From an uncultured delta proteobacterium (GTDB lineage Bacteria; Myxococcota_A; Polyangia; Polyangiales; Polyangiaceae), in contig CAWAIF010000003.1 in NCBI GenBank assembly GCA_963782055.1, positions 4,160,001 through 4,224,000 on the forward strand: 64,000 nucleotides of DNA, given 5' to 3'. This document shows positions 19,390 to 31,400 of the stretch, in pieces; the stretch's first letter is position 1; each line of letters starts with the position of its first letter. The position numbers and the translations under genes were made by a program. Under the pieces are notes generated by a model, which worked only from the letters and a program-made list of their open reading frames with translations, was not told where the DNA came from and did no database searches.

Positions 19390-21111
19390 TCACCGGGGGT
19401 GCGGATGACCATGGTCGTGCCCGTGGCCAGGACCGTGAGGGGGACCGTGATGCTGCGGCTTGGGCTTGCCCTTGTCGCCCGCCCCGGCGCCGCGAGCACT
19501 GCCGTGACACTCGTCGCACAGCGTCGTCCGGCGCAGCATGTGCTTGCACTCCTGTCCACGAACCTCGGCGAGATCCGCCGCGGCGCCGGTCGAGTCGAGC
19601 TTGCCGAGCGAGTCCTCCGCGCGCGCGATGGTCTCGCAGTCCTCGGCGTCGCGGAGCTCGACGCGCGACCGGCGCTCGGTGTCCAGCGCGTCGTGGCGAT
19701 CGCGCAGGAGGTGGAGCGCGGCGTCGCGCTGCGGGACCGGGCCCTGGATCGCCGCGTCGGCGAGGGCGCCGGTCAACGCGCTGGAGTGTCCGAGCGCGGT
19801 CTGGTCCATGAGCTGATCGACCTCCTTCTCCGCGGCCGGATCGTCGACCGACGCGGAGAGCGCGCTCGCCACGTCGGGGTCCTCCTGGAGGCCGGGGTCG
19901 GCGTCGAGCAAGGCGCGGAGCGCTGCCGCTCCCTCCGCGTAGTGGTGGTTGTTCCACAGGTCGAGCGCCGCGGTCACCTGGCTCGGGTCCGCGGCGGACG
20001 ACGCCGCCGTGCGCAGGTGCCGCGCCACCAGGACGACGCCGGCGACCACGACGACAGCCCCGAGCAGGAGGGCCAGCGCCACCCCGAGCGCCAGCCACCG
20101 GACGGGGAGGACGGTCGCCGGGCGGGAGGGGGGCCCCGCGAAGGCACCCGACGCGGCGGCCGCGGCCTGGGGCTGCGACGACGCGGGCGCGAGCTGCGAC
20201 GACGCGGGCGCGAGCTGCGACGACACGGGCGGCGCGTCCACGGCGGAGCCCAGCGCGGCGATGGCGTCGGCGACCGACGCGTACCGCTCGTCCGGCAGCT
20301 TCCCCATCATCCTCTCCACGACGTCGGCGACCGCGGCCGGGACGTCGGGCGCGGTCTCGGTGACGCGCGGGATGGGAGCGCCCACGTGCATGTAGAGGAG
20401 CGACGCGACGTTGTCCGACACGTACGGCGGCTTCCCGGTGAGGAGCTCGAAGGCCATCGCCCCGAGCGCGTACTGATCGGCGCGCGCGTCGACCTCCTGT
20501 CCCATGGCCTGCTCCGGCGCCATGTAGTCCGGCGTGCCGAACACCGTCCCCGCCTGCGTGAGCGCGGTCTTGCCCCCGCCGAACGAGCTCGACATCCGCG
20601 CGATCCCGAAGTCGATGACCTTGACGACGTCTCGCTCGTCCTCGCGATCGAACACGATCACGTTGTCGGGCTTGAGATCGCGGTGGACCACGCCGCGCCC
20701 GTGGGCGAAGGAGAGCGCCGCGCCGACCTGCTTCAGGATCGCAAAGGCGCGCGGGGGCGGCAGGCGCCCGTCCGACACCAGCGCGCGGAGGTCCTTCCCG
20801 TCAAGGTACTCCATGACGAGAAAGAGCGTTCCATCCGGGAGCCGGCCGTAGTCGGTCGACTCGGCGATGTTCGGGTGCTTGAGGTTCGCGGTGGCGATCG
20901 CCTCACGCTCGAAGCGGGTGACGGTCTCCTCGTCGGCACGGGCGGTCTCGCGGAGGAGCTTCACCGCGACCGGCTTGCGCAGCGCCTCGTGCACGCCGCG
21001 ATACACCGCGCCCATCCCGCCCTCGCCGAGCTTGGAGAGCAGGCGATACCGGCCGGCGACGACCGTACCGACGCGCGGGTCGGTGCTCTCGTCGGTTGCG
21101 GCGGGGTTCAC
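19390..21111 (-). CDS. Transmembrane Hanks-type Ser/Thr kinase
   Basis: LGEGGMGAVY, VAVK, HRDLKPDN, DFG, GTPDYMAPE; TM helix; His-rich tail. Confidence 0.93.
   Translation of the reverse strand: MNPAATDESTDPRVGTVVAGRYRLLSKLGEGGMGAVYRGVHEALRKPVAVKLLRETARADEETVTRFEREAIATANLKHPNIAESTDYGRLPDGTLFLVMEYLDGKDLRALVSDGRLPPPRAFAILKQVGAALSFAHGRGVVHRDLKPDNVIVFDREDERDVVKVIDFGIARMSSSFGGGKTALTQAGTVFGTPDYMAPEQAMGQEVDARADQYALGAMAFELLTGKPPYVSDNVASLLYMHVGAPIPRVTETAPDVPAAVADVVERMMGKLPDERYASVADAIAALGSAVDAPPVSSQLAPASSQLAPASSQPQAAAAASGAFAGPPSRPATVLPVRWLALGVALALLLGAVVVVAGVVLVARHLRTAASSAADPSQVTAALDLWNNHHYAEGAAALRALLDADPGLQEDPDVASALSASVDDPAAEKEVDQLMDQTALGHSSALTGALADAAIQGPVPQRDAALHLLRDRHDALDTERRSRVELRDAEDCETIARAEDSLGKLDSTGAAADLAEVRGQECKHMLRRTTLCDECHGSARGAGAGDKGKPKPQHHGPPHGPGHGHDHGHPHPR
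20172..20230. repeat. 21-bp tandem repeat (~2.8 units) encoding SSQLAPA in the kinase linker
   Basis: GCTGCGACGACGCGGGCGCGA at 20172 and 20193, partial at 20214. Confidence 0.85.
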
Positions 21112-21192
21112 GTCGACACCGCCCCGATCGTACCACGCCGGGTCGGTCTGCAGCCGGCGCAGGGAGGCCTCGGGGGCGAGGGTAAACGCGGC

Positions 21193-23433
21193 TCAGAAGC
21201 CGCCCTCCACCCCGAGGCTCGGGAGGGTGAGCGGGCTCATCGTGTCCATCGTGATCCCCGCGTCCGGTGAGTACGACGCGCCGGTCACCTCGCTCGACAG
21301 GGTCGCGTTGAACCACTCGATGCTGCCGCCGATCCACCACGTGGGGAACGTCCACCGCTTCTCCATGCGCACGTCCAGCCGGTAGAACCACGGCCCGCGC
21401 ACCTCCACGAGCGTGTGCGCCTGCGCGGGGTCCCCGCCCGGCGCGCACGCGGAGGTCGGGCAGGCGACCTGGTACGGGTAGCCGGTGCGCAGGAAGAAGC
21501 GCGCGCCCACGTGCCACGACCGGCCGAGGTCGTAAGTGAGCACCGCGGTGAGGACGTGCGTGCTGTCGAACGGCCCGAGGCTCCCGTCGCTCGGGTGCTC
21601 GGTGCGCGAGAGGGTGTAGGAGAGCATGCCGCCGAGCTTCCGCGTGAGCGCGCGACGCAGGAACACCTCGAGCCCGTAGCTCCGCTCGCTCGCCAGCGCC
21701 GCCGGCGTCGTGGCGACCGTGCTGGTGGCGACGCGGGTGGCGTAGAAGCCCGTCACCTTGGCGCTCAGCCCCGCGGGCAAGCCCGCCTGTACGGCGGTCG
21801 AGTACTGGTAGGCGACCTGCTCCGAGCCCTCGAGCACGTTCGTCGCACGCCCGGGCATGAGGACCGCGGCGGTGGCCGTCTGGTGCGCCGTACCCAGCGC
21901 GGTGATCCACGTGACGCGCGGCGCGATCCGCACGCGCAACGCGAGGCGTGGGCCGGGGAAGGCGGCGTTCGCCCCGCGCACGTGCTCGTAGTCGTACCGC
22001 ACCCCGGGCACGAGCTCCACGCGGCCTCGCCTCACGACGAGATCGACATACGCGCCGGCGTGGTAGTCATCGTGCGGGCCGAGCGCCACGCTCCCGCCGG
22101 GTACGGTCGCCTCGTCCTGGGAGTACGGCGCGTAGCTCGCGTCGGCGCCCGCTCGCAGGGTCAACCCGCGGCCCCGCGTGAGGCGCTCGGAGACGCGGGC
22201 GCGCAGGCGGCCGCTGAAGAAGCGGCGTCTCGCCGGCCGGGAGAGATCCTGCTTCGCCGAGAGGATATCGTCGTACCCGAAGGTCGCCGCCACGCGCGCC
22301 GCGCCCCGCTCCGTCCGGTGGTCGTAGCGCAGGTCGACCCGGTGGAACTCCGACCGGAAGAACGCGGTGTGCTCCGGGCCGGTGTCGACCTCGTCGCTGG
22401 CGCCGAGTGCGAAGAGGGTCAGCCGGCCGTGGTCGCCGACCACGTGGGACACGCGCGCCTGGTAATCCCAGTAGTCCAGGCCGTAGTTCGGCGCGACCAG
22501 CGACAGCAGCGCGCGCGTGTACGCATAGCGACCCGACACCGAGGCCGCGCCCCGGCCGTGATCGAACGGGGACTCCACGAACGCGCGCGCGTCGAAGACG
22601 CGGGCCTCTGCCTCGCCGTGCAGCTTCCTGGCCGGCGCGCGCGTCGTCCCGACGACGACCCCGCCCGCATGGCCGTCGTAGGCGGTGGGGTAGCCCCCGG
22701 CGAAGAGCTCGACGTCGTCGACGAGCGCCGGCGCGATGATGGACGGCCCGGCACCGACGTGGAACAGGAGGGGCACCTGGACCCCGTCGATGAAGTAGCC
22801 GACATCCCCTGACGCCGCCCCGCGGACGAGGTAGTACGGGAGCCCGCTCACCACCGGCGCGACGCCCGGGAGCACGTCGATGACGTGGAAGGGATCGCCG
22901 AAGGCGCCGGGGACGAAGCGCGCCTCCTCGCGAGGGATGTGGGTGGTGCCCAGCTCGACGCGCGTCGCGTGGACGCTCACGTCGGTGATCGGCTCCGCCG
23001 CCTGCCGTGGCGCGGCGGTGGAGCTCGGCGGCGGCCGGGGGGTCGATGCCGGCGGCGGCGCGTGCCGGGCTGGAGGCGGTGGCGGGGGCGCGACGGGGGC
23101 CGCCGCGGGGGGCGTGAAGACGATCTGGACACGGATCGCCGCGGCCATCGCGACACCGTCTCGTCGGGCGGGACGGAAGCGCCATCGCTTCACCGCCGCG
23201 ACCGCGGCGTCGATGAACGCCGGCGCGCCGGAGATGGGCGTCGCCCCCTCGACGCCTCCGTCCTTGCCGACGATGACCCGCAGCACCACGGTCGCGCCCC
23301 CCGTTTCCCCCGCCGGGTACATCGCGGGCGGGCGATCGAGGGGCGCCGGTGGGATCACGGTGGGCGCGCCGGCCGCGCTCCGCGCACACACCAGGACGAC
23401 GAGCGCAACGAGCACGGGTCGCAAGCGAGACAC
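21193..23433 (-). CDS. TonB C-terminal domain fused to a TonB-dependent receptor
   Basis: AAVAAVKRWRFRPA TonB motif; PGAFGDP...LPGV, VRGA and FIDGVQVPLLFH plug motifs; ends LPSLGVEGGF. Confidence 0.88.
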   Translation of the reverse strand: MSRLRPVLVALVVLVCARSAAGAPTVIPPAPLDRPPAMYPAGETGGATVVLRVIVGKDGGVEGATPISGAPAFIDAAVAAVKRWRFRPARRDGVAMAAAIRVQIVFTPPAAAPVAPPPPPPARHAPPPASTPRPPPSSTAAPRQAAEPITDVSVHATRVELGTTHIPREEARFVPGAFGDPFHVIDVLPGVAPVVSGLPYYLVRGAASGDVGYFIDGVQVPLLFHVGAGPSIIAPALVDDVELFAGGYPTAYDGHAGGVVVGTTRAPARKLHGEAEARVFDARAFVESPFDHGRGAASVSGRYAYTRALLSLVAPNYGLDYWDYQARVSHVVGDHGRLTLFALGASDEVDTGPEHTAFFRSEFHRVDLRYDHRTERGAARVAATFGYDDILSAKQDLSRPARRRFFSGRLRARVSERLTRGRGLTLRAGADASYAPYSQDEATVPGGSVALGPHDDYHAGAYVDLVVRRGRVELVPGVRYDYEHVRGANAAFPGPRLALRVRIAPRVTWITALGTAHQTATAAVLMPGRATNVLEGSEQVAYQYSTAVQAGLPAGLSAKVTGFYATRVATSTVATTPAALASERSYGLEVFLRRALTRKLGGMLSYTLSRTEHPSDGSLGPFDSTHVLTAVLTYDLGRSWHVGARFFLRTGYPYQVACPTSACAPGGDPAQAHTLVEVRGPWFYRLDVRMEKRWTFPTWWIGGSIEWFNATLSSEVTGASYSPDAGITMDTMSPLTLPSLGVEGGF

Positions 23434-23572
23434 GCACGTGGTTCCCGCCCGCGCGCGCCGCGTTCACCCCGCATGGGACTCGCGTCCGGGAGGGGCGGCG
23501 CGGGCGAGGAAACGGTCGCTCCCTCCGCGGGCACCAACGGTCGAACACGGCGTGAGCCGGACGGAGGACGAC

Positions 23573-24319
23573 ATGAAGGGACTCAGATACGTGATCATGG
23601 CCGTCGCGCTGCTCGGCTGCAGCGCGGCCTTCGGCAACGGTCGGTCCGGGACCGAGACGCGTCCCACGCCCGCCTTCGATGCAATCTTGGCGAACACCGC
23701 CCTCCCCGTGACCATCGTCGCCGGCCCGACGACGTCGGTCGTCGTGACCACCGACGACAACCTCCTGCCCCTCGTCAGGACGACCGTCACGGGCTCGACC
23801 CTCGTCATCGATCAGGTGGCGAGCATCCAGCCCCGCACCGCCTCCTCCGTCACCGTCCGCGTCCCGACCCTCGCGTCGCTCGAGCACGACGGGTCGGGGT
23901 CGATGAGCGTCAGCGGCTTCTCCGTGCCGACGCTCCACGTCGTGGCCGGCGGCTCCGGCCGTCTCGACCTGGACGCGCGCGCCGACACCCTGAACGTGGG
24001 CGCCTTCGGGTCAGGCTCCGTGTCGCTCTCCGGCGACGCCGGCGCGCTGGCGCTCCTCGCTCGCGGGTCGGGGTCGGTCGACGCGTCGCGGCTCACCACA
24101 CACGGCGCCGACGCGTCCGTCCAGGGGAGCGGGAGCACCAGGCTCCTCGTCTCGGGGGACGCGACGCTCTCCGACTCGGGGTCGGGCTCGATCCATGCCG
24201 AGCTGGACGACGGGGACGCCTCGCTCTCGATCAGCGGCTCGGGATCCATCCGCTGGAAGGGAAACTCCCGCGTGATCGCCGAGAGCCGCACCGGGTCGGG
24301 TGACATCGTCCACGATTGA
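23573..24319 (+). CDS. DUF2807/GIN-domain lipoprotein
   Basis: SD GGAGG; lipobox LLGC; DDNLLPLV; repeated SGSG beta-helix motifs. Confidence 0.85.
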   Translation: MKGLRYVIMAVALLGCSAAFGNGRSGTETRPTPAFDAILANTALPVTIVAGPTTSVVVTTDDNLLPLVRTTVTGSTLVIDQVASIQPRTASSVTVRVPTLASLEHDGSGSMSVSGFSVPTLHVVAGGSGRLDLDARADTLNVGAFGSGSVSLSGDAGALALLARGSGSVDASRLTTHGADASVQGSGSTRLLVSGDATLSDSGSGSIHAELDDGDASLSISGSGSIRWKGNSRVIAESRTGSGDIVHD

Positions 24320-24377
24320 CGTCTTTTCAGCTTTTCCTTGAACGCCGGCCCCGCCTGCGGGAACCAGAAGATCGACG

Positions 24378-24959
24378 ATGACGACCTTCCTGGGGGCCAT
24401 GCCATTGCTAGGGAGAGCCGAGGGAGCCGACCTGCTGTCGCGGGTCGCCTCCGGCTCGCTCGGGGCCCTCGCGGAGGTGTACGATGCCCACTCCGAGCGG
24501 GTGTACGCCTTCGCGCGCCGGCTCGTCGGCGAGGACGCCGCCGCCGAGGACCTCGTCCAGGAGGTGTTCCTCGCGCTCCCGGCGGCCGCGCGCCGGTACC
24601 GCGGCGAGGCGACGGTGCGGACATTCCTCCTGTCCATCGCCCAGAACCACGCACGGCACCACGTCCGGGCCGCAGCGCGGCGGCGCGCAGCCATGACGCG
24701 CCTCGGGCGCGAGCCGGGCCCCGCGGCCGGGGCCCCCCCCGACCGCGCCCTCGAGCAGCGCGAGCTCGCGGCGCGGCTGCAGCGCTGCCTCGACGAGCTG
24801 CCACTCGAGCAGCGCGTCGCCTTCGTGCTGTGCGAGATCGAGGAGCTCACCTCCGCCGAGGCGAGCGCCATCGTCGGCGCGCCGGAGGGTACGGTGCGCA
24901 CGCGAGTGTTCCACGCCAGGAAGAAGCTGCGCGAGCGCTTCGAGGAGTCGCGATCGTGA
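24378..24959 (+). CDS. ECF sigma factor
   Basis: AEDLVQEVF region 2; LPLEQRVAFVLCEIEELTSAEAS...GTVRTRVFHAR region 4. Confidence 0.92.
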   Translation: MTTFLGAMPLLGRAEGADLLSRVASGSLGALAEVYDAHSERVYAFARRLVGEDAAAEDLVQEVFLALPAAARRYRGEATVRTFLLSIAQNHARHHVRAAARRRAAMTRLGREPGPAAGAPPDRALEQRELAARLQRCLDELPLEQRVAFVLCEIEELTSAEASAIVGAPEGTVRTRVFHARKKLRERFEESRS

Positions 24960-25678
24960 GCGCCCTGCTGGAAGAAGCGCTGGGCGCGCTGCGCGAGGAG
25001 GGCGCGCTCGACGAGGGGCGCAAGCGCGCGCTGCGCCTGCGCCTGCTGGCCACCGCCACGAGACGGTCGCGCGTGCAGGTCGCGCGCTGGTCGATCCCGG
25101 TCGCCGCGGTGCTGGTGGTGGCCTCGGCGTGGGCCGCCGTCGGGCGTCATCGCGCGCCGATCGAACCCCGCCCGCCGGCGCCGCGCGCGCCGGTCGCGCT
25201 GCTGACGGGCCCGGCGGCGTTGCCCTCGCCGGCGGTCTCGGCCACCGAGGTCGCCGCCGCTGCCGGGGCCCCGGCCGCCACGCCGGCCCCCGCCGCCTCG
25301 TCCCCTCCCCACTCGACGCGCGCGGCGAAGGTCGTGCAGTCCGCGGTGCACCCGCGACCCGCGCAGCGCGGCGCGGCGAGCGCTCCCCCGCCCGCCGGCG
25401 ACGACGCCGCGCTGCGCGCGCTGCGTGTCTTCCGCGAGGCGGATCACCTCCAGTTCGAGGACCACGACTACGCCGGCGCCCTCGACGCCTGGGATCGCTA
25501 CCTCGCGCAGGCGGGCACCAACCCTCTCACCGTCGACGCGCGCTACGAGCGCGCTCGCTGCCTGGTGCGCCTCGGTCGCGTCGAGGAGGCGCGCGCCGCG
25601 CTCTCGCCGTTCGCCGACGCGCCCGCCGGCGCCTACCGGCGCGAGGAGGCCCGCGCGCTGCTCGACAGGATCCGATGA
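24956..25678 (+). CDS. Putative anti-sigma factor (TM + Pro-rich linker + TPR-like domain)
   Basis: GTGA overlap with the sigma gene; single TM; ALDAWDRYL...ARYERARCLVRLGR. Confidence 0.78.
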   Translation: MSALLEEALGALREEGALDEGRKRALRLRLLATATRRSRVQVARWSIPVAAVLVVASAWAAVGRHRAPIEPRPPAPRAPVALLTGPAALPSPAVSATEVAAAAGAPAATPAPAASSPPHSTRAAKVVQSAVHPRPAQRGAASAPPPAGDDAALRALRVFREADHLQFEDHDYAGALDAWDRYLAQAGTNPLTVDARYERARCLVRLGRVEEARAALSPFADAPAGAYRREEARALLDRIR

Positions 25679-25709
25679 ACGGCGGGCGGCCCGCCGGGAA
25701 CCACGGCGC

Positions 25710-27098
25710 ATGAAGCGCAGAGTCCTTCTCGCGTTGTCGGCGGCGGCGCTCCTGGCGTCGAGCGCGCGCGCCTCCGACGACGACGTCGACCTCGACGTTC
25801 GCGCGCCCGGCTTCGACACCGCCGCCCTGCGCGCTCGCGTCGGCGCCGATCTCCACCGGAGCGTCCTCCCGCCTGGCGCCGGCGCGAGCGTCCACCTGTT
25901 CGTCAACGAGGTGGACGGGAGCACCATCGTGGGCGTGGCCGCGGGGGAGCGCCAGGTCACGCGGCGCGTCGTGCTCCCGCCCGACCGCGTCGCCGCCGAG
26001 GAGACGCTCGAGCTGATGCTCGTCGAGATGGCGCGCACCGAGGCCATCCCTCCTGCCGCCACCGCGCCCGCCCCCGCTTCGAAGGCGCCGCCGCCGCCGC
26101 CCGCGCGGGCGACGGTGCATCCGCGCCCCCCTCCCCCGCGCCCCGCGCCGGCGCCGCACACGCCCCCGGCCGGCGCGCCCGAGCAGGTCGTGCCCGTCGC
26201 GCTCGACTTCGCGCCCTTCGTCGGCTTCTCGTCGGCGACCCGCGCCCGCGACGTGCGCTTCTTCTCCCTCGGCGCCGCCGGCTCGGTCACTCGCGATCTC
26301 CACGGCCTCGGTCTGGACGGCACCGTCGGCGTCGCCACCCACGGCGTGCGCGGCGCGCAGATCGCCGGGGTGGTCGCGGTCGCCGGCGCGACCGAAGGCG
26401 CGCAGGTCTCCGGCGTGCTCGCCGTGACGGCACACGACGCCGCGGGGGCCCAGCTCGCCGGCATCGCCAACGTCGCGGGCGACGTCGCCGGGCTCCAGCT
26501 CTCCGGCGTCCTGAACGTCGCCGGAGGCGACGTCCACGGCGCGCAGATCGGCGGCGTCATGAACGTCGCGACCGGCCACGTCCACGGCGCACAGATCGGC
26601 CTGGTCAACGTCGCCGACGAGTCCGACGCGCCCATCGGCCTGTTCAACTTCATCAAGCACGGCCGCCATCACGTGGACGTCTGGGGCTCGGAGATGGGCC
26701 TCTTCATGGCCGGCGCCCAGCTCGGCGGCAAGTACACCCACGCGATCATCGGGATCGGCGTCCGCCCCGGGCCAGAGGGGCCCCGCTTCGTCTTCGGGGG
26801 TGGCGTGGGCGTCCACGTCGACCTGACCGACCGGCTCGCGCTCGACCTGGACTTGCTGCACCACGACCTGGCCGGCTTCGTCTGGACCAACGCCCAGCTC
26901 TCGCAGGCGCGGCTCGTCGTGGACCTGCCGATCGCGCGGGGGCTGCGCGTGTTCGGCGGACCGACGTTCAACGTCTTCGTCTCCGACGATCCGAAGGACA
27001 CCCAGCCCAGCCCGTTCGGATCCTGGGCGTTCGGCGCGGCGGACCGGACACACGTGGCGCTGTGGCCCGGTGTCACGCTCGGCGGGCGCCTGCTCTGA
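25710..27098 (+). CDS. Exported protein with GxQIxG beta-helix repeats (LA_2272-like) and a barrel-like C-terminus
   Basis: Signal peptide; GAQIAG/GAQVSG/GLQLSG/GAQIGLVN repeats. Confidence 0.8.
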   Translation: MKRRVLLALSAAALLASSARASDDDVDLDVRAPGFDTAALRARVGADLHRSVLPPGAGASVHLFVNEVDGSTIVGVAAGERQVTRRVVLPPDRVAAEETLELMLVEMARTEAIPPAATAPAPASKAPPPPPARATVHPRPPPPRPAPAPHTPPAGAPEQVVPVALDFAPFVGFSSATRARDVRFFSLGAAGSVTRDLHGLGLDGTVGVATHGVRGAQIAGVVAVAGATEGAQVSGVLAVTAHDAAGAQLAGIANVAGDVAGLQLSGVLNVAGGDVHGAQIGGVMNVATGHVHGAQIGLVNVADESDAPIGLFNFIKHGRHHVDVWGSEMGLFMAGAQLGGKYTHAIIGIGVRPGPEGPRFVFGGGVGVHVDLTDRLALDLDLLHHDLAGFVWTNAQLSQARLVVDLPIARGLRVFGGPTFNVFVSDDPKDTQPSPFGSWAFGAADRTHVALWPGVTLGGRLL

Positions 27099-27146
27099 AC
27101 GGCGGCCTCACGGCCGCCTGATCCCCGCGTGGATCGTCGGGTCGCC

Positions 27147-27599
27147 TTACTGCGCCCGCACCCAGGGGAAGCGCCAGGCGCGAAACGCTCGGGAGGTGGC
27201 CTTGCGCTCGAAGTCCTCGCGCACGGAAGAGGGCACGTCGGCGTAGGCCATCCGCGTACGCACCGTCTCTTCCCCGCCGTCCTCGAAGCGGACCCTCGCG
27301 CACACGTCCACCCTGTCGCGCACGTGCGGATCGCGCTGGTACTCCAGGTCCACCCCGCGCACGTGCTGCTCGAGCGTGGAGACGACGCCCGGGTCCGGAT
27401 CGCCGCCGAGCGCGCGCGCGACGGGATCGCGATCCACTCCCTGCCCCGCCAGGTGCCTGGCGATCGCCGCCGGGAGCGCCGCCTGGATCCAGCGGTCGAC
27501 CGCGCCGGACGACTCGCCGAGGGGCACGGAGCCACCCCGCTTGCGGCGAAGGACCAGGAAGACGACGAGCGCCACGACGAGGACGAGCAGGATGCGCAT
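27147..27599 (-). CDS. Membrane-anchored hypothetical protein
   Basis: N-terminal TM then RRKR; 150 aa. Confidence 0.7.
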   Translation of the reverse strand: MRILLVLVVALVVFLVLRRKRGGSVPLGESSGAVDRWIQAALPAAIARHLAGQGVDRDPVARALGGDPDPGVVSTLEQHVRGVDLEYQRDPHVRDRVDVCARVRFEDGGEETVRTRMAYADVPSSVREDFERKATSRAFRAWRFPWVRAQ

Positions 27600-27668
27600 G
27601 GGGGAAGCCTAGCTCACCTGTCCGGCCGAGCCAGCACGCCGTCGTGGACGGTCCGGCGGATCGCGCGG

Positions 27669-28541
27669 TCACCCTCGAAGGAACTCCTCCACCGCCGGCG
27701 CCACGCTCCGCACGACCGCCCCCGGGTCACGTGGATTGAACCACCGGAATGGCGACACCCACGTCCGCGGGTCCTTCCACGACAGCCCCCCGCGCGAGCA
27801 CTCCACGAGCAGGCTCCGCGCCCCGTAGGCCTCGTACAGGTGGTCGATCTCCATCCCCGGCGCGAGGAAGCCGGGCACCCACCGCGCCGACTGCCGCGCG
27901 TGATAGCCGCCGATGCGCTCCGCCAGCCGCGCCGCCGCGCGCGAGAGCTCGGCGTGCTCGGGCGCGCGTCGCCAGATGCCGCCGTACGGGAAGAGCACCT
28001 TCGCTCCGAAGCTGTGGAGCGAGACTGCGCGCAGGTCGTGACCGCCGACGGCCATCGCCTCGTCCAGCACCGAGGTGACCGCGCGCGTCTCCGGCTCGGA
28101 GAGCGGAGCACCGGAGCGAAAGACGCGGGGCACCAGCCCCGAGAGGGTCGGCGCGCCGTGGAAGGTGGGGAAGTTGCGGTTGAGGTCGACGCCGTGCGCG
28201 TTGCCCCTGCGGAACCGCCGCGCCCCCCGGGCGAGGTCCGCCTCGACGCGCGCGTAGCCGTCCACGTTGACCACCGGGAACACCAGCACGCGGCGATCCT
28301 CCGGCGGACGCGCGGCGAGCGAGCGCGCCACCTCCAGCGCGCAGAGCACGCCGATCCACTCCAGCGCATGCAGCCCCGCCATCACCACCGAGAGGGAGGT
28401 CGCGCGCGGCGGTCCCGCCTCGACGGCGAGCACGGTGCGGCCTCGCACCGACGTGCCGCACACGCGCACGCGAGCGCCGGCGCCGGCGAGAGCGTGCACG
28501 GCCGAGCTGACCTCGGCCAGGCGCAGGTAGGGTGACGTCAT
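27669..28541 (-). CDS. M14 zinc carboxypeptidase
   Basis: GLHALEWIG, NVDG, RGNAHGVDLNRNF, SEPET, SLHSF. Confidence 0.9.
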   Translation of the reverse strand: MTSPYLRLAEVSSAVHALAGAGARVRVCGTSVRGRTVLAVEAGPPRATSLSVVMAGLHALEWIGVLCALEVARSLAARPPEDRRVLVFPVVNVDGYARVEADLARGARRFRRGNAHGVDLNRNFPTFHGAPTLSGLVPRVFRSGAPLSEPETRAVTSVLDEAMAVGGHDLRAVSLHSFGAKVLFPYGGIWRRAPEHAELSRAAARLAERIGGYHARQSARWVPGFLAPGMEIDHLYEAYGARSLLVECSRGGLSWKDPRTWVSPFRWFNPRDPGAVVRSVAPAVEEFLRG

Positions 28542-28602
28542 CGTCAGGGCGGCGAAGCATACCGGACTTGCGCGCCCGCCCGCAGACCTCTACACGAGGC
28601 CC

Positions 28603-29349
28603 GTGACCGCACGACCCACGCTTGGTGAATGGCTCCGCGAAGGTCCCTTTCAGCTCGCCCTCTCCGCGGGCTTCTTCGGCTTCTTCGCGCACGCGGGGTT
28701 CGTCGCGGCGCTCGAGGAGATCGACGTCACGCCGGCCCGCGTGACGGGCGCGAGCGCCGGCGCCCTCGTCGGCGGCCTCTGGGCGAGCGGCACGCGCGCC
28801 GCGCGCATCGAGGCCGAGCTGCGCGGGCTGCGCCGCGAGCACTTCTGGGACCCCGCGCCGGGCTTCGGCCTGCTGCGCGGCGAGCTCTTCTGCGCGCGCG
28901 TCCGCGCGCTGCTGGACGCTACGGCCTTCGAGGGCGCCCCGGTTCGGCTTGCGCTCTCGGCCTTCGACGTGCGCGCGGGCCGAACCGTCGTGCTCGACCG
29001 CGGCGATCTCGCCTCCGCCATCTGCGCCTCGTGCGCCTTCCCTGGCCTGCTCCAGCCCGTGCGCGTGGGTGGTCGGCCCATGCTCGACGGCGGCATCGCC
29101 GACAGGCCCGGCCACGCCGGGCTGGACGCGTCCTCGCGCGTCCTCTTCCACCACCTCGCCTCGCGGTCGCCGTGGCGCGCGCGGCCGCCGCGCGCCCCCG
29201 CGCGAGCAGGCATGATCACCGTGACCGCCTCCGGACTTCCCCGCCTCGGCCCCTTCCGCCTCGGCCGCGGGGCGGAGGCCTTCGAGAGGGCGCGCGCCGC
29301 GGCCCGCACGGCGCTCGGCCGCTCGGTCGAGCCGGTGCTCGCGGTGTGA
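28603..29349 (+). CDS. Patatin-like phospholipase
   Basis: GASAG nucleophile; ASCAFPG; DGG. Confidence 0.88.
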   Translation: MTARPTLGEWLREGPFQLALSAGFFGFFAHAGFVAALEEIDVTPARVTGASAGALVGGLWASGTRAARIEAELRGLRREHFWDPAPGFGLLRGELFCARVRALLDATAFEGAPVRLALSAFDVRAGRTVVLDRGDLASAICASCAFPGLLQPVRVGGRPMLDGGIADRPGHAGLDASSRVLFHHLASRSPWRARPPRAPARAGMITVTASGLPRLGPFRLGRGAEAFERARAAARTALGRSVEPVLAV

Positions 29350-29381
29350 CCCAGCGTTTAACGCGCTATCTTGATGGTTGC

Positions 29382-31396
<2,015 letters not shown>

Positions 31397-31400
<4 letters not shown>

